A stretch of DNA of 64,000 bases. Origin: Eledone cirrhosa. Taxonomy: Eukaryota. The DNA lies in assembly GCA_964016885.1 (NCBI GenBank), contig OZ024743.1, positions 12,028,001 to 12,092,000 of the forward strand. Reading direction: 5' to 3'. Shown piece by piece: positions 45,233 to 57,755 of the stretch (position 1 is its first letter; each line of letters begins with the position of its first letter). The notes under the pieces were generated by a model. That model did no database searches and was not told the DNA's origin. It worked only from the letters and a program-made list of their open reading frames with translations. A program made the translations under genes and the position numbers.

Positions 45233-45670
45233 TGCACACAGGTACACATACATATATGCACGGATCAGTTTAGCCGACGTTTATTATAACGCAGCTTTGT
45301 TCGTTTGTTTGTCAACAAACAGAACAGCCTGAATTTATGCCATACGGTGTTAAGGCAACCACGTCACCTTTTTGTTCAACACTGACACAGGAACGATGTA
45401 CTAGTTTCAAGCTTGTTAGCTATCATCAGCACCGTTTACCCATCTGCCAGATAGTTGAACGTTCGAAAGTATATACTTTCCTTATGAAAATTAACGGCTG
45501 AGCAGCCTAATTTGCATATTGAGTGAGTTAAATCGGTCAGGCATACCGAAAACGATAAGTTGAAAAAAATGAAAACGAAATTTCATTTCTCACTCTTAGT
45601 ATGGCACTTACTTAAATGTAAGTATGTATGTATACGTACATACATAAATGTATACAGACGTACAGTAGCA

Positions 45671-45735
<65 letters not shown>

Positions 45736-45938
45736 GCACACAGGTACACATACATATATGCACGCATCAGTTTAGCCGACGTTTATTATAACGCAGCTTT
45801 GTTCGTTTGTTTGTCAACAAACAGAACAACATGAATTTATGCCATACGGTGTTAAGGCAACCACGTCACCTTTTTGTTCAACACTGACACAGGAACGATG
45901 TACTAGTTTCAAGCTTGTTAGCTATCATCAGCACCGTT
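42394..45938 (-). ncRNA. Eight minimal type I hammerhead ribozymes (42394-42438, 42884-42928, 43396-43440, 43886-43930, 44400-44444, 44890-44934, 45392-45436, 45894-45938)
   Basis: AACGGTG-CTGATGA-tAGCT AACA AGCTt-GAAAC-TA-GTA-CATCGTT; 7-bp stem I, intact core, palindromic stem III ACTAGT, GUA cleavage triplet. Confidence 0.92.
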
Positions 45939-45987
45939 TACCCATCTGCCAGATAGTTGAACGTATATGTACGTGTACCTGTGTGCA

Positions 45988-46031
<44 letters not shown>

Positions 46032-46265
46032 TGCTACTGTACGTCTGTATACATATATGTATGTACGTATACATACATACTTACATTTAAGTAAGTGCCA
46101 TACTAAGAGTGAGAAATGAAATTTCGTTTTCATTTTTTTCAACTTATCGTTTTCGGTATGCCTGACCGATTTAACTCACTCAATATGCAAATTAGGCTGC
46201 TCAGCCGTTAATTTTCATAAGGAAAGTATATACTTTCGAACGTTCAACTATCTGGCAGATGGGTA

Positions 46266-46460
46266 AACGGTGCTGATGATAGCTAACAAGCTTGAAACTA
46301 GTACATCGTTCCTGTGTCAGTGTTGAACAAAAAGGTGACGTGGTTGCCTTAACACCGTATGGCATAAATTCAGGCTGTTCTGTTTGTTGACAAACAAACG
46401 AACAAAGCTGCGTTATAATAAACGTCGGCTAAACTGATGCGTGCATATATGTATGTGTAC

Positions 46461-46521
<61 letters not shown>

Positions 46522-46800
46522 TGCTACTGTACGTCTGTATACATTTATGTATGTACGTATACATACATACTTACATTTAAGTAAGTGCCATACTAAGAGT
46601 GAGAAATGAAATTTCGTTTTCATTTTTTTCAACTTATCGTTTTCGGTATGCCTGACCGATTTAACTCACTCAATATGCAAATTAGGCTGCTCAGCCGTTA
46701 ATTTTCATAAGGAAAGTATATACTTTCGAACGTTCAACTATCTGGCAGATGGGTAAACGGTGCTGATGATAGCTAACAAGCTTGAAACTAGTACATCGTT
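46266..46800 (+). ncRNA. Two minimal HHRs in the inverted part of the array (46266-46310 and 46756-46800)
   Basis: Same sequence read on +; CTGATGA at 46273-46279, predicted cleavage after 46303. Confidence 0.92.
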
Positions 46801-46959
46801 CCTGTGTCAGTGTTGAACAAAAAGGTGACGTGGTTGCCTTAACACCGTATGGCATAAATTCAGGCTGTTCTGTTTGTTGACAAACAAACGAACAAAGCTG
46901 CGTTATAATAAACGTCGGCTAAACTGATGCGTGCATATATGTATGTGTACCTGTGTGCA

Positions 46960-47007
<48 letters not shown>

Positions 47008-49560
47008 TGCTACTGTACGTCTGTATACATATATGTATGTACGTATACATACATACTTACATATATATATATATACACATTCAACAGAGAGTAGAGAGTT
47101 TGACAACAGGTCGATGACTTTAGTCTAGATAGGGTAATGACATATGATGGTGGGGAGATAGTGTAGGAGTTATTGTGGTGGCGGGGGGCAGTGCGATGTA
47201 TCTAGTTTATTTGACCGTTTTCTTCTCTTTGCAAAATTTGAATTTTAGCCATGTTATATTGAGATGTAAGTAAATGTAAAATGTAAAATATAAATAAGGA
47301 TTGCTCTGCTAAAATATACTAAAATATTTGTGTAACTTCCACAAACTGTCGTGACATTCCCGAGTCCAGTGACCAACAAATTGTTGTATTTTGATGTTTC
47401 AGAATACAAAAATTAATTAAAAACTTACCCCACGAAAAGACAGCGTGTGTTGTCCTATCTATAAGCCTCCTCATACATACATACATACATACATACATAC
47501 ATACATACATACATACATACATACATACATACATACATACATGCGAAGAAGAAATTATGCAGTTTGACGTAGTTTATCGTATGCACACATACAAACACAC
47601 ATACACACACATACACACACACGCACATACACATAGATACATGCGAACCCCACATAAAAGCAAATAATAAGGAAATGGGTACACAAAACAAATGTATATT
47701 TATATTATAAATACAAATATTATAATTTAAATTTATATTTAATTTCCGGTTCTATGAATATATTATCAATCATATAAATAGTATTCTTCTGAAAATATAA
47801 AACATTTTTGCTTAAATGTTCACAATAATGATGACATTAATCATTCATATATTCGTTTATTCGTTCGCTCACTCGTAAATCCTTTTTTTTAAAAATTCAA
47901 GTAAGAAACAGCTATAGTGCAATATATGAGATGCATGTGGATATTGATTGTAAAGGAAGGTATAAACGGAAGACTAGTATATGGCTAGCAAAAGAAATGT
48001 TTGGTAAACCTAACTTTCAATAGAATCTTTGATAAACCTAACTTTCAATAGAATCTTTGAGCATAACGAATTCTTGCATGTGACACTTTATTCGAAGCCT
48101 AGAAACACTCATAATTCATATTGCTTGCTTCCTTTGTAGCCGATAATAGAACCTGGGCTAACGACCAGGGCTGCTAAGAAATAGCAATAAAATCTCCATC
48201 AAATAGTGATATAATGTGGCAAATTGGCACAGTTCTTAGAGTATAGGAACAAATTACCTAATGATATTTGTTTCAGGCTTCTATACGCCGAGTTCAAATC
48301 ATGTCAATTTTCCATTTCGTCATTTCTCGGTCGATAAAATGTATTTTTATAGGTAGCAGGATGCAACATACGCATGTGGGAGTTGTTGCTACTGGGGTGT
48401 ATAAAACATGTTAGCAGGCGACAAATATAACGAAGAGAAGGAAACTGTAACTAAATGAATCGTGACGGATGAGAGCTACCTTTCTAATAATTTAATAGGG
48501 ATTCCAATTAAGACTAATCACTATAGTCAGATCTAGTTTGAAGTATATAAGGCTACCCTTTCTTGCGTCGCTGCTAATAATAATATTCAAATCATGTACT
48601 TTAAACATGTATATCAGATCTTTTCTAACGTCAACTATGCAATAGTTGGAGAATTTTATAGGTAACTGCTAAGATTTGTGAGCTGGTGATTTTCTTGATG
48701 GTGTCTCATATAAATAGTTCGATTAGTTGAGACTCATAGAAACATTGGATAGTGGGGCACATTCGTGTTTATCCCAGTTGGAATCGTCTTAATTCATTAG
48801 GCTGTAAACCCCTCCTCTGCATCAAACATGTAATGAGTTTGCTAGTCTCAAGACGTTATCTGTTAACACAGACAGTTATTGCCATAACGTGTTGTCCTCT
48901 TCCATGTGACTCTTCTTAACAAATCAAAATCGATCTAACCGGTGTTTCCCACCGATCCACAGGATGTCCCTTCATCAACTGAACCTTTGTCGCTTGAACG
49001 AGCAAACCACCATATCTTTGGTAACTGCGAGAAAAAAGTTTCCAAATAGTTTCGTATTTATTAATATTCACTACACATTACTTGTTTCACCTCTAAACTA
49101 CCAAACGTAGGAAGAATATATTTTGTTACGAAGAAAGTAAACAAACTATTTATTGGCGCAATCAAATTTACATAAAAGTTCAACGTCATCGACCGGAATA
49201 TAAATACAACTACCAATGCAACTAGATTAAGAATGTGGATAGGGAAATCATATATAATAGCTTACATCTCAACTGTCAAATGTAAAAAAAGATATACGTC
49301 CTCATTAACTTTGTCAATCTTGTACCATTACATAAATAATTTTATACCAGTAACAGTTTGCTTACATTTTTCATTACAAGATATATTCTTCTTAACAGTA
49401 ACGGTTCAGAGGTGAAGTAAGGGAGCACTGATGGATATAAATAATAAGAAACTAGACTAACACTATCTCACTAATCTACCGAAATTTCTATGATTTGTAC
49501 ACATAGTAGATATACGTTTATCAAATATATCATATATGATTTTATATATACATAATTATT

Positions 49561-49628
<68 letters not shown>

Positions 49629-49814
49629 AAACAATCTACTTTTAGAATCGATGAGCGATAAGAAGTTTGAGAATTTGAATGTGCCCAACTAATAAGACTA
49701 TTTTTCATAGTCAAACAACGTTGATGCTTCTGTGTGTCTGTATTTCTGTGTATACGTTGTGTGTGTGTGTGTACGGATATGTGTGCATGTCTATGAGTTA
49801 ATATTTCCACTTAC

Positions 49815-50103
49815 CAGGTACTCCGGGTAGTCCGGGTACTCCAGCTGTACCAGGTTCCCCTTTCTCACCATCAAGACCAGCCGGTCCTCGCGGTCCCCTT
49901 ATCGGCAGTTTTATAGGTACAGTCGTTTCTCCGCGGCAGGACAGTTCCAGATCACACATACCCTCGTCTATGTCACCATCACGAGGTTTGCGTAACGCGC
50001 TTGCCCCTCTGCTGCGTGCACGTGGTTCCCCTCGTCTAGCAACAGCAGTGTATACCACAAAGAGAGCCGTTAAAACGATGATGAGCTGTTGTTTATACCT
50101 CAT
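49815..50103 (-). CDS. First coding exon of a secreted short-collagen protein (C1q/CTRP-like candidate)
   Basis: ACCATG start, hydrophobic signal peptide, CDLELSC pair, nine Gly-X-Y triplets; upstream acceptor TTTCAG (AG at 50131-50132) and phase-1 donor G|GTAAGT at 49814. The C1q domain itself is not seen in the window. Confidence 0.8.
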
Positions 50104-50837
50104 GGTTAGTTTTTTCCTGGATTACTCACTCTGAAATATATATAGAAACGTACACATATAAACAAATATGAAATATATATATATATACATATGTATACAG
50201 AGAGTGAGAGAAATATATTTATATGAATATATACGTGTGTGCTTGTATGTATGTTTGTACGTACGTCTGCATTTATGCACGTATATATGTATGTGTGTAT
50301 GTATGTATGCATGTAGCAAAAACAAAAAGAACTTTGGGATTATGTTCAGTTTTTCTCCTTGATGCTCGACGATATAGAACACCGTAAACTAACTTTAGTG
50401 GTCAATCCAATGAAAGAATATCTACGCCGCCATTCAGCTGATAGAAATAGCAAATCTATCCTTAAGTCATCAAAAAGTAAAGGCCCATAGAAAAATGGAA
50501 GTCCTAGATTTACCCTCGAAGACTTTAGTATGATCGTGTGGAGCTACACAGCAACAACCACTTGCCTAGAGGCTTTTGATTTGAATCCTGTCACCGTCAC
50601 CAGGTTGTGCTCATAATACAGACATATTAATTCTCAAATATACCAGTCAACGGAGTTGGTTATAGGTGCACAGGTTAGGAATAGCTAGTTACTCCAAGTA
50701 ATGGTGTAGCATTGTAAATTCAGCAAGTATTTTTTTAGCTTACGATGCTAGATTTAAAATTTCTTGTAAGTACGTAAGCTCTGACATTCTCTTACAAATG
50801 CTATGTAAAGATGAAGTTTTCAGTAGTTCATTAAACA

Positions 50838-51310
50838 TTCGCCATACTGCCCTCAACGAGGTCATAAAGCATGGCTTGGACGCTGCAGGCTTCCCTTCCC
50901 AGCTCGAGCCGGTGGGGCTGGACCGAAGGGACGGCAAAAAGCCAGATGGCATGACTATCTTCCCGTTCCGCGGTGGTAAACTTCTCGTCTGGGATGCCAC
51001 CTGCACCTTAACTTTCTGCAGCCGCAACCTGGTGCAGTCTTCGATTAAGCCGGGTTCTGCTGCACGTCGGGCTGAGGAGGCTAAACTCCTCAAATACCGG
51101 TCGCTCTCCGACAGGTTTGCGGTTGTACCCCTGGCAGTGGAGACTTCTGGTGTCCTTGGCCCTAGGGCTACCTCCCTACTCACCACCATAGGCGCTGAGC
51201 TGGCCAGCCGCAGGTGTGAGCCCCGCGAGTTGGAGTGGCTTTTCCAACACTTTCTCCATTCTGACCGCCGGGGCTGTGGTGGGCCCCATCGCGTACCATT
51301 CCATATTTAG
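50838..51310 (+). mobile_element. CRE-like RLE 3' fragment (second copy)
   Basis: RHTALNEVIKHGLDAAGFPSQLEPVGLDRRDGKKPDG...LVWDATC; homologous to 2302-3075. Confidence 0.85.
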
Positions 51311-51412
51311 TTGTGGTCGGTGTGTGTGTGTTTGTATATATCGCTTTTGTTTTCATTCAGCAACATGTCATTCTTCATTGCTTTTCTCAACATTCGATTC
51401 GCTACGATATGT

Positions 51413-51488
<76 letters not shown>

Positions 51489-51859
51489 AGAGAGAAATAG
51501 CAATTTTTGCTCTAAAGTGTAAAAATTACACCGTGGTCTTAAAAACTTAAACATAGTTGGCGAGGTTTTTATAGTTCGCCACCCCACTAACAAGAACATT
51601 TGTTGTTTATTTTTAGCTGATCTGTTGTCCTTTAACTGGGCCAGAGTGCTGCATCCAGTACCTTTCTCAACGATACAGCAGCTATTAATACAGCAGCTGG
51701 GGAATCTAATAATAATTTCATTTTATATTTAAAAAAGCACATTATGTATGACAAAAGAACATTACAAGAAATCCCATATTTACGAACGTACAATATACAA
51801 TTACTGACTTCCCAAGAACCCCCCCCCCCCTCCTATTATTTATAACCCAAGAGTGCCAC

Positions 51860-52338
51860 CAAACTCTGCTCCTCTCTACGTCTATCGCACAAAACTCTCT
51901 TTTAACCCCCCTCTCTGTATCTACTAAAACCAAACTCTACCCCTTTCTATATCTACCACGACACGCCTCTCTTACCCAACTCTCTATATCTAAGACTAAT
52001 ACACTCTCTCACTCTTTATAAATATCAACATTTATCTCTCCCAATATCCTTCTGTGTATCTGTAAACTCTCCCTTTCTATATCTACTACACGGCAGTCTC
52101 CCATTATCCCTCTCTGTATACCAACAACCACCAAATTATCCCCTCTCTATATCTACTACACGGAACTCTCTTCCAATAACCCCCTCTAAATCAATTAAAA
52201 CCAAACTCCCCCCTCTCTATATCTACTACACGGAACTCTCTTCCAAACCCCCTCTCTATATCAATAAGCATCAATCTCTTCCCCTCTCTATATCTAATAT
52301 ACGGCACACTCTCCCAACCTTTCTCTCTATATCAATTA
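51860..52338. repeat. Degenerate ~40-bp minisatellite (CTCTCTATATCTACTACACGG...), resuming at 57994-58062
   Basis: Repeated CCCTCTCTATATC units on both sides of the Tx1 element. Confidence 0.8.
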
Positions 52339-52507
52339 ACACTTGATATAGACGTGATTTACTTTGCTCCGGATTTTTACGGATTTTTGTCAAAAAAACT
52401 GTGAGTTTATTGATCAATTTAATAACATTGTTTGGTTTAGCCCCTTGCCTTGGCCGTCAGACGTTAAGTCAACAAATTTTCATCTAAATACTGTAGACTT
52501 GGTGGCA

Positions 52508-54273
52508 ATGGATGCCATTTCCACCTCGCACACTGTCGTGAGTGCCACGCCCACTAAGAAAAGTGGTGGAGGGAAGGTAGGAGTGCAAAGCTTGCAGCCA
52601 TCCCCCCTCGCATCATCGAAAAACGTGGAAAATATCGAAACCGCGAAAGCAAATCCGGCAAATAATAGCAGCACCAACAACAAGAACAATGACAACAACA
52701 CCACAACCAACAACTGCAACAATAGCAACACCAATATTACCAACAGTGACAGTAACACGAAAGACAACAACACCAAAACAACATTTGCACAGACCGTAAA
52801 AAAAAACGAACTATACACGCCAATAGACATAACAAATGCTAAACAACTATTACAAGACGCAAAACAATTTGTGACTTTTGGTGAAAACGGTGCTTTTAGC
52901 ATTAATTCTCCACAGGAATTACGTAGAGAGGCTGTCCTGAAAACTGTGGTTTTCAGGACAATATCGAACGTAACAAGAAAACCAGCGCAATTATCACAAA
53001 ATGAGATTGAGCTGGTTCTAAAAGACGCAATGAAGGACTTAACCTTCATACAAAAAGGTAAACTGTTTGGTAGCATTTCGGTGCTGATGAACAACCAGTC
53101 AACAGCTCAAAAGTACTCGATAGCACCCATTGTGTCCCCCCACTTCACCTTTTACCCCACATACAGGGGAAAAAGGACACAAAGAATAAAAATAATGAGT
53201 ATCACACCAAATGTAAACATTTGGTGGATACTATGTGGAATAATAAACTTGGACGAAGACAATATAATTTCAATAGGAAAGTGCTCCGGAGGTGTATTTG
53301 GTGGGACCACAGTAGAAGTTCTGGTGCAAATGAGCCCAGAACGAATAGCGAATATCCCACAACGCGTGCCTCTGGACAGGCTAACTTATATAAACATTTC
53401 AGTGGAGGGAAGGCGGCCGTCATGTTTCCACTGCTTAAGCAGGGGTCACCTGAGGGCTGCCTGTCCTCAATTAACGAGTCAAAATAAAAAGGCTCTTCTG
53501 CCAACCCCGAACACAACAACACAACCACCACCACAACAACAACAACACGGAAAAATAACAACACAAAACACTGTTCCACCCAACCCCTCCCCACCTAAAA
53601 CAAATACAAAAGCAACCACAGCAAAACCCCAAAATATACCCCTCCCCAACAACACGGAAGAGGACTCCGTATCAACGTCACCCAGTGACGACGAGGGAGA
53701 ACCCTTTCAACAGGTGAAAAGGAAAAAAAAAGGCACCACATTAACAAAAATGCCACAAACACACAGCCACCAGCACAAACAGAACAAACATCACAAATAA
53801 AAAAACCCACCCCTCCCCAAAACATAACACGTACTATAAAACGCAAACACCCGCAAGAACAACAAACAAAAACAAACACAACACAACAAAAACTCTATAC
53901 ATACATTAACAAGAACAATAAAACGTTGATGAAAGCGATAGAAAATAACCCTTCGGTGGAAACCGAAGGGATCACTTTCACCTACGCAGCGAACAAACCG
54001 CACCTAATGATGATTAGGGTCCCAACGGAAACCTATGTAACTTTGAAAAACAACCATCCAATGCATGTGGGGACCAACTGCACCAAACCACATAACAGCG
54101 TCCTATTGAGATGTTTCCCCACCCCCACACCAGACACCCACACCCCACCAAACACCCTAATCCCACCACACACTGATGTCCTCACCCCACTACAAACCAC
54201 CACCCCACCAAACAACCCTTCCAACACCCCCATGGAAATTGTGCAGCCTGGCCCCCAGGAAACGAAGAGGTAA
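52508..54273 (+). CDS. Tx1/L1 ORF1 (gag-like, zinc knuckle CFHCLSRGHLRAAC); one frameshift in the A-run at ~53723-53731
   Basis: TFAQTVK, Asn/Thr-rich and Pro-rich linkers, VEGRRPSCFHC; the second frame is open from ~53700 to TAA 54273. Confidence 0.8.
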
Positions 54274-54315
54274 GTAATTTCCTTTCCTCTTCCTTTTTAC
54301 CTCTTCAGCACCAAC

Positions 54316-57300
54316 ATGGCCAATATAAGAGTTGGATGTGTGAATGCACGCGGCTTGGGGATGTCCTGGAAACAGGGCAAACTCTTAAATGACCTCAGGT
54401 CGCACAGAGTGGATGTAATGGTTATTTGCGAGTCCAGGATCAGCAGCGAGCGCCAACTGGCCCCCATCTTCGACGACTTTGAGATCTACGCATCTCTCTG
54501 TCAGCCGAGGGGTGGGGGGTGGGGTTGTCGTTCTGCTGCGAAAATACCTGGGTCTCGCCACACAGAAGGTACACCTGGACCCGGAGGGTCGACTGGTGGT
54601 TTTAGACGTCGGCAGTGGTGAAGGTGGAGCTTTCAGGCTGGTGGCAGCGTATGCCCCATCGGGGACACCGCGACCAGACTTCTTCCGACGCCTGGAGAAT
54701 TTCCTGGGAACGTCTCGCTCCTTGCTTTTAGTGGGGGACTGGAATGGTATCCTGGATGCACGTTGGGACTATGTAGGGGCATGTCCCGATAGAGGGGGTG
54801 TAACAGCCTCAAACGATTAATCGGCCGATTTGATCTGGCCGATAGATATCGACTGGATTTTCCGACTGTGCCACGGTGGACGTGGAGTAATCGCAGTGGA
54901 ACATCCAGGTCGTACCTAGATAGGTTCCTAGTTAGAAATAAGGATAGGGACATATTAAGCTGTCCACGAATGTTCATGGTTGACTATTCGGATCACAAGT
55001 TGTTGACCGGAGTGGTCAACCTTGATAGAACTCATAGACAGGGACCCGGTTACTGGAAGCTAAACTTGTCTTTACCGACAATCAAAGCTTACAGTAAGCG
55101 GATTAGCACACTAGTTAAGCAGCGTTTGACGGGGGCAATTGTCAACAGCAGGTGGTGGGGCTCTCTCAAGAGAGAAATTAGAATAGAATCGATAGGTTTT
55201 AGTCGGGAATTAGCATCAGATAGGAATAGAACTGAAAGGGAATTAACAAATAGAGTAGAAGAGGCGATTAGGAGTGGCAACGTGGCCGGCGTGCTGGCGT
55301 CAAGAACGGCCCTAGACCAGTTCTTTGATGCGAAGCACGAGGGCTGCGTTGTCAGGAGTAAAATACGTGCTCTGGGTAACGAGGGAGCCAAAGCTGTTAG
55401 CTGGGCCCGAGTGACAGAGGCAAAAAGTGGAAACAAGTCCACGATTCGGTCTTTGAAGGACCAGGATGGACGCGTGATCCTTGAACCTGAGCGGATGAGC
55501 GCGGCCTTTCAACGGCGCTTTGCACGACTGTTCGGGAGGGGCGGCGGGCCGGGTGGGGCCATGGATTTCGGTCCATACCTCGACGGTCTGGCGCGGCTCT
55601 CGGACGGGGAGGCGAAGTCCTGCGAGAGGCCGATTTCAGCCTCTGAAATAGGGAAAGCGCTGAGCCAATGCGGCAAACGCAAATCTCCGGGTCTCGATGG
55701 TCTACCATACGAACTTTATGTAGCGATGCCGGGCTTGTTCTCCGGTCTCCTCGAGGCGGGTCTACTGCAACTGGCAACAGAACGGGAGAATTCCCAGTTC
55801 TGTGACCAAGGGCGTAGTCACGCTGGTGAGGAAGGACGAGAACAAGGGGGATGACATAGATAACTTCAGGCCCATAACTCTGCTAAACACAGAGTTAAAG
55901 ATTTTGGCCAAGGTGTTAGCGAAGAGGTTGGCGCTTGTCGTCGGGAACCTGGTGGGAGAAGCGCAGACATACGCAATCCCGTCCAGGTCCATACACGACA
56001 ACCTCCACCTCATGCGATACATCGTAGAGAGGGTAGGGAACGAACCCGGCTTTGGTGGGGCCCTGATCAACTTGGATCAATCTAAAGCGTTCGATAGGGT
56101 TGACCATCGGTACCTGGATGCGGTGCTCGCGGCGGCAGGCTTCCGACCCGTTTTCAGGGGCTGGATTGCTGCAATGCACAGCAGCAACACCTGCTCGAGG
56201 GTCAAGGTGAACGGCTACCTCTCAGAGCCGTTCCAAATCACGCGATCCATTCGACAGGGATGCCCTCTCTCCTCCCTCCTGTATGTGCTGGCTCTCGAGC
56301 CACTACTGAGGAAGCTGGAGCTGTTGCAGGGCATCCCCTTGGAACCGGGATTGCGGAAAGCGGTGTCGGCCTACGCCGATGACGTGACAGTAATGGTGTC
56401 GTGCGCCTCGGAAATCGGGCAGATCGGCACCTTACTGGAGGAATATGAAAGGTTCACAGGAGCCAAGCTGAACCGGGACAAGTCCGTCGGTTTGCAACTC
56501 GGGACGTGGAGGGGGCAAAACGATGCCCTCCGACGGCATCGTCGGACGCTGGACGGAGGGACCGGTGAAGCTGCTCGGGGTCTGGTTCGGACCGGACCTC
56601 CAGGTGGAGAAAAACTGGGACGAGGTAACGGGCAAGGTGTTTGCACTCGCCCAGAAGTGGGCCGAGTGCAAACTATCCCTGAAAGGTCGAACGGAGGTGG
56701 CGAACGCTTATATAGCGTCCGTCATCTACTACCGCTTGACCGTCGTGCCTTGCCCAGAGAAAACACTCGCCAAAATGGAGCGCGCGCTCTTCCGATTTCT
56801 TTGGAAGAAGCGGGCTCCTTTGGTGAGAAGATCCATCTGCTGTCAACACCCTTCGAACGGAGGGCTGGGGATGCCGTGGCTGACGATGCGTAGACACGCA
56901 TTAAGGCTACGGCCCCTCCAGGTATTCCTGACCGGTCAGCCGGTGTGGGCCCTGTTTGTGAGGCGAGCCTTTCCCAGACTCGTCTCACTCACCGAGCTGC
57001 AATCCTGGATCAAGCAAAGACCGAGAAAAATGGGCGACTGGCACATTGAATGTGCCCAGGCGCTCACGGCCCTCTGGCAAGCGGATCCGGCAATCAGTGG
57101 AGACTCAACCTCAACATTCTATAGAGGGTTGGTGCGCAGTAAGTGCGACGACGCTCTCGGACAGGCTCTGGGCATGGAGGAAGACGAGCTGCCCAGTCTG
57201 TTCGGTAGGACGTTTGGCCCGGGACCGATGGACAACTTCCAAAAGTCCCTGGCTTGGCAATGTTACCGAGGAGCTCTACCCGTTCGGGACAAGCTCTACA

Positions 57301-57755
57301 GACACGGGCGCCCGGGTAGGGACCCCTCGAAGAAGATCTGTCCAAGATGCGTGCGTGACGAGGAAACCGTCGCACACGCATTCGTACACTGCCCGGGCGT
57401 TGCTGACCTGTGGGGCTATGTAGAACGACTACTGTCGCGGGTGGGACCAATCCGGTTGACCACCGAGAACATTGTCACAATCAAACCGCCTCCCCCTTTC
57501 AAAAACGAAGGAGAGGCGGTTTTCCTCTGTGTGATAGCCATGGCGAAAGAAGTTGTATGGTGGACAAGGTTGAAAGGGCTGAGGTCAGACACCTATCTCT
57601 CCGGCCAACAAGTGGTCTTTTTTTTCAAGTACCACTTTAGAAGAAGGATCAGAATGGAGAGAGAGGTGCTGTACCCCAGCAAGTTTTATGAAAGATGGGT
57701 GAAAGTAGCGAGAATGGCCCGAGTGAATGGGCCTTCTCTCTATATCAGCCTGTAG
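54316..57755 (+). CDS. Tx1/L1 ORF2 (APE-RT-CCHC) with four frameshifts
   Basis: VNARGL, ICESR, AYAP, VGDWN, SYLDRF, SDH, GPGYWKLN, KSPGLDGLPYE, NFRPITLLN, LDQSKAFDRV, RQGCPLS, AYADDV, CPRC...ETVAHAFVHC. Confidence 0.9.

Larger units (their letters stand above)
42045..47060 (-). repeat. Tandem array of ~490-514-bp HHR-bearing monomers: ~7.8 units (42045-45964) plus ~2.2 inverted units (45965-47060)
   Basis: Near-identical units start near 42050, 42562, 43052, 43564, 44054, 44568, 45058 and 45560; length differences lie in the internal (TA)n. Confidence 0.97.

Noticed and set aside
42050-46632. Repeated small [31 protein letters not shown]...
   Set aside because: Starts at TTG, runs into a variable TA tract with changing frame, is antisense to the ribozyme and is not kept in diverged copies
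42045-47060. CRISPR-like array interpretation
   Set aside because: Units are ~500 bp and near-identical, there are no unique spacers or cas genes, and the context is eukaryotic
48005-48060. 28-bp direct tandem duplication
   Set aside because: Ordinary slippage duplication with no further structure
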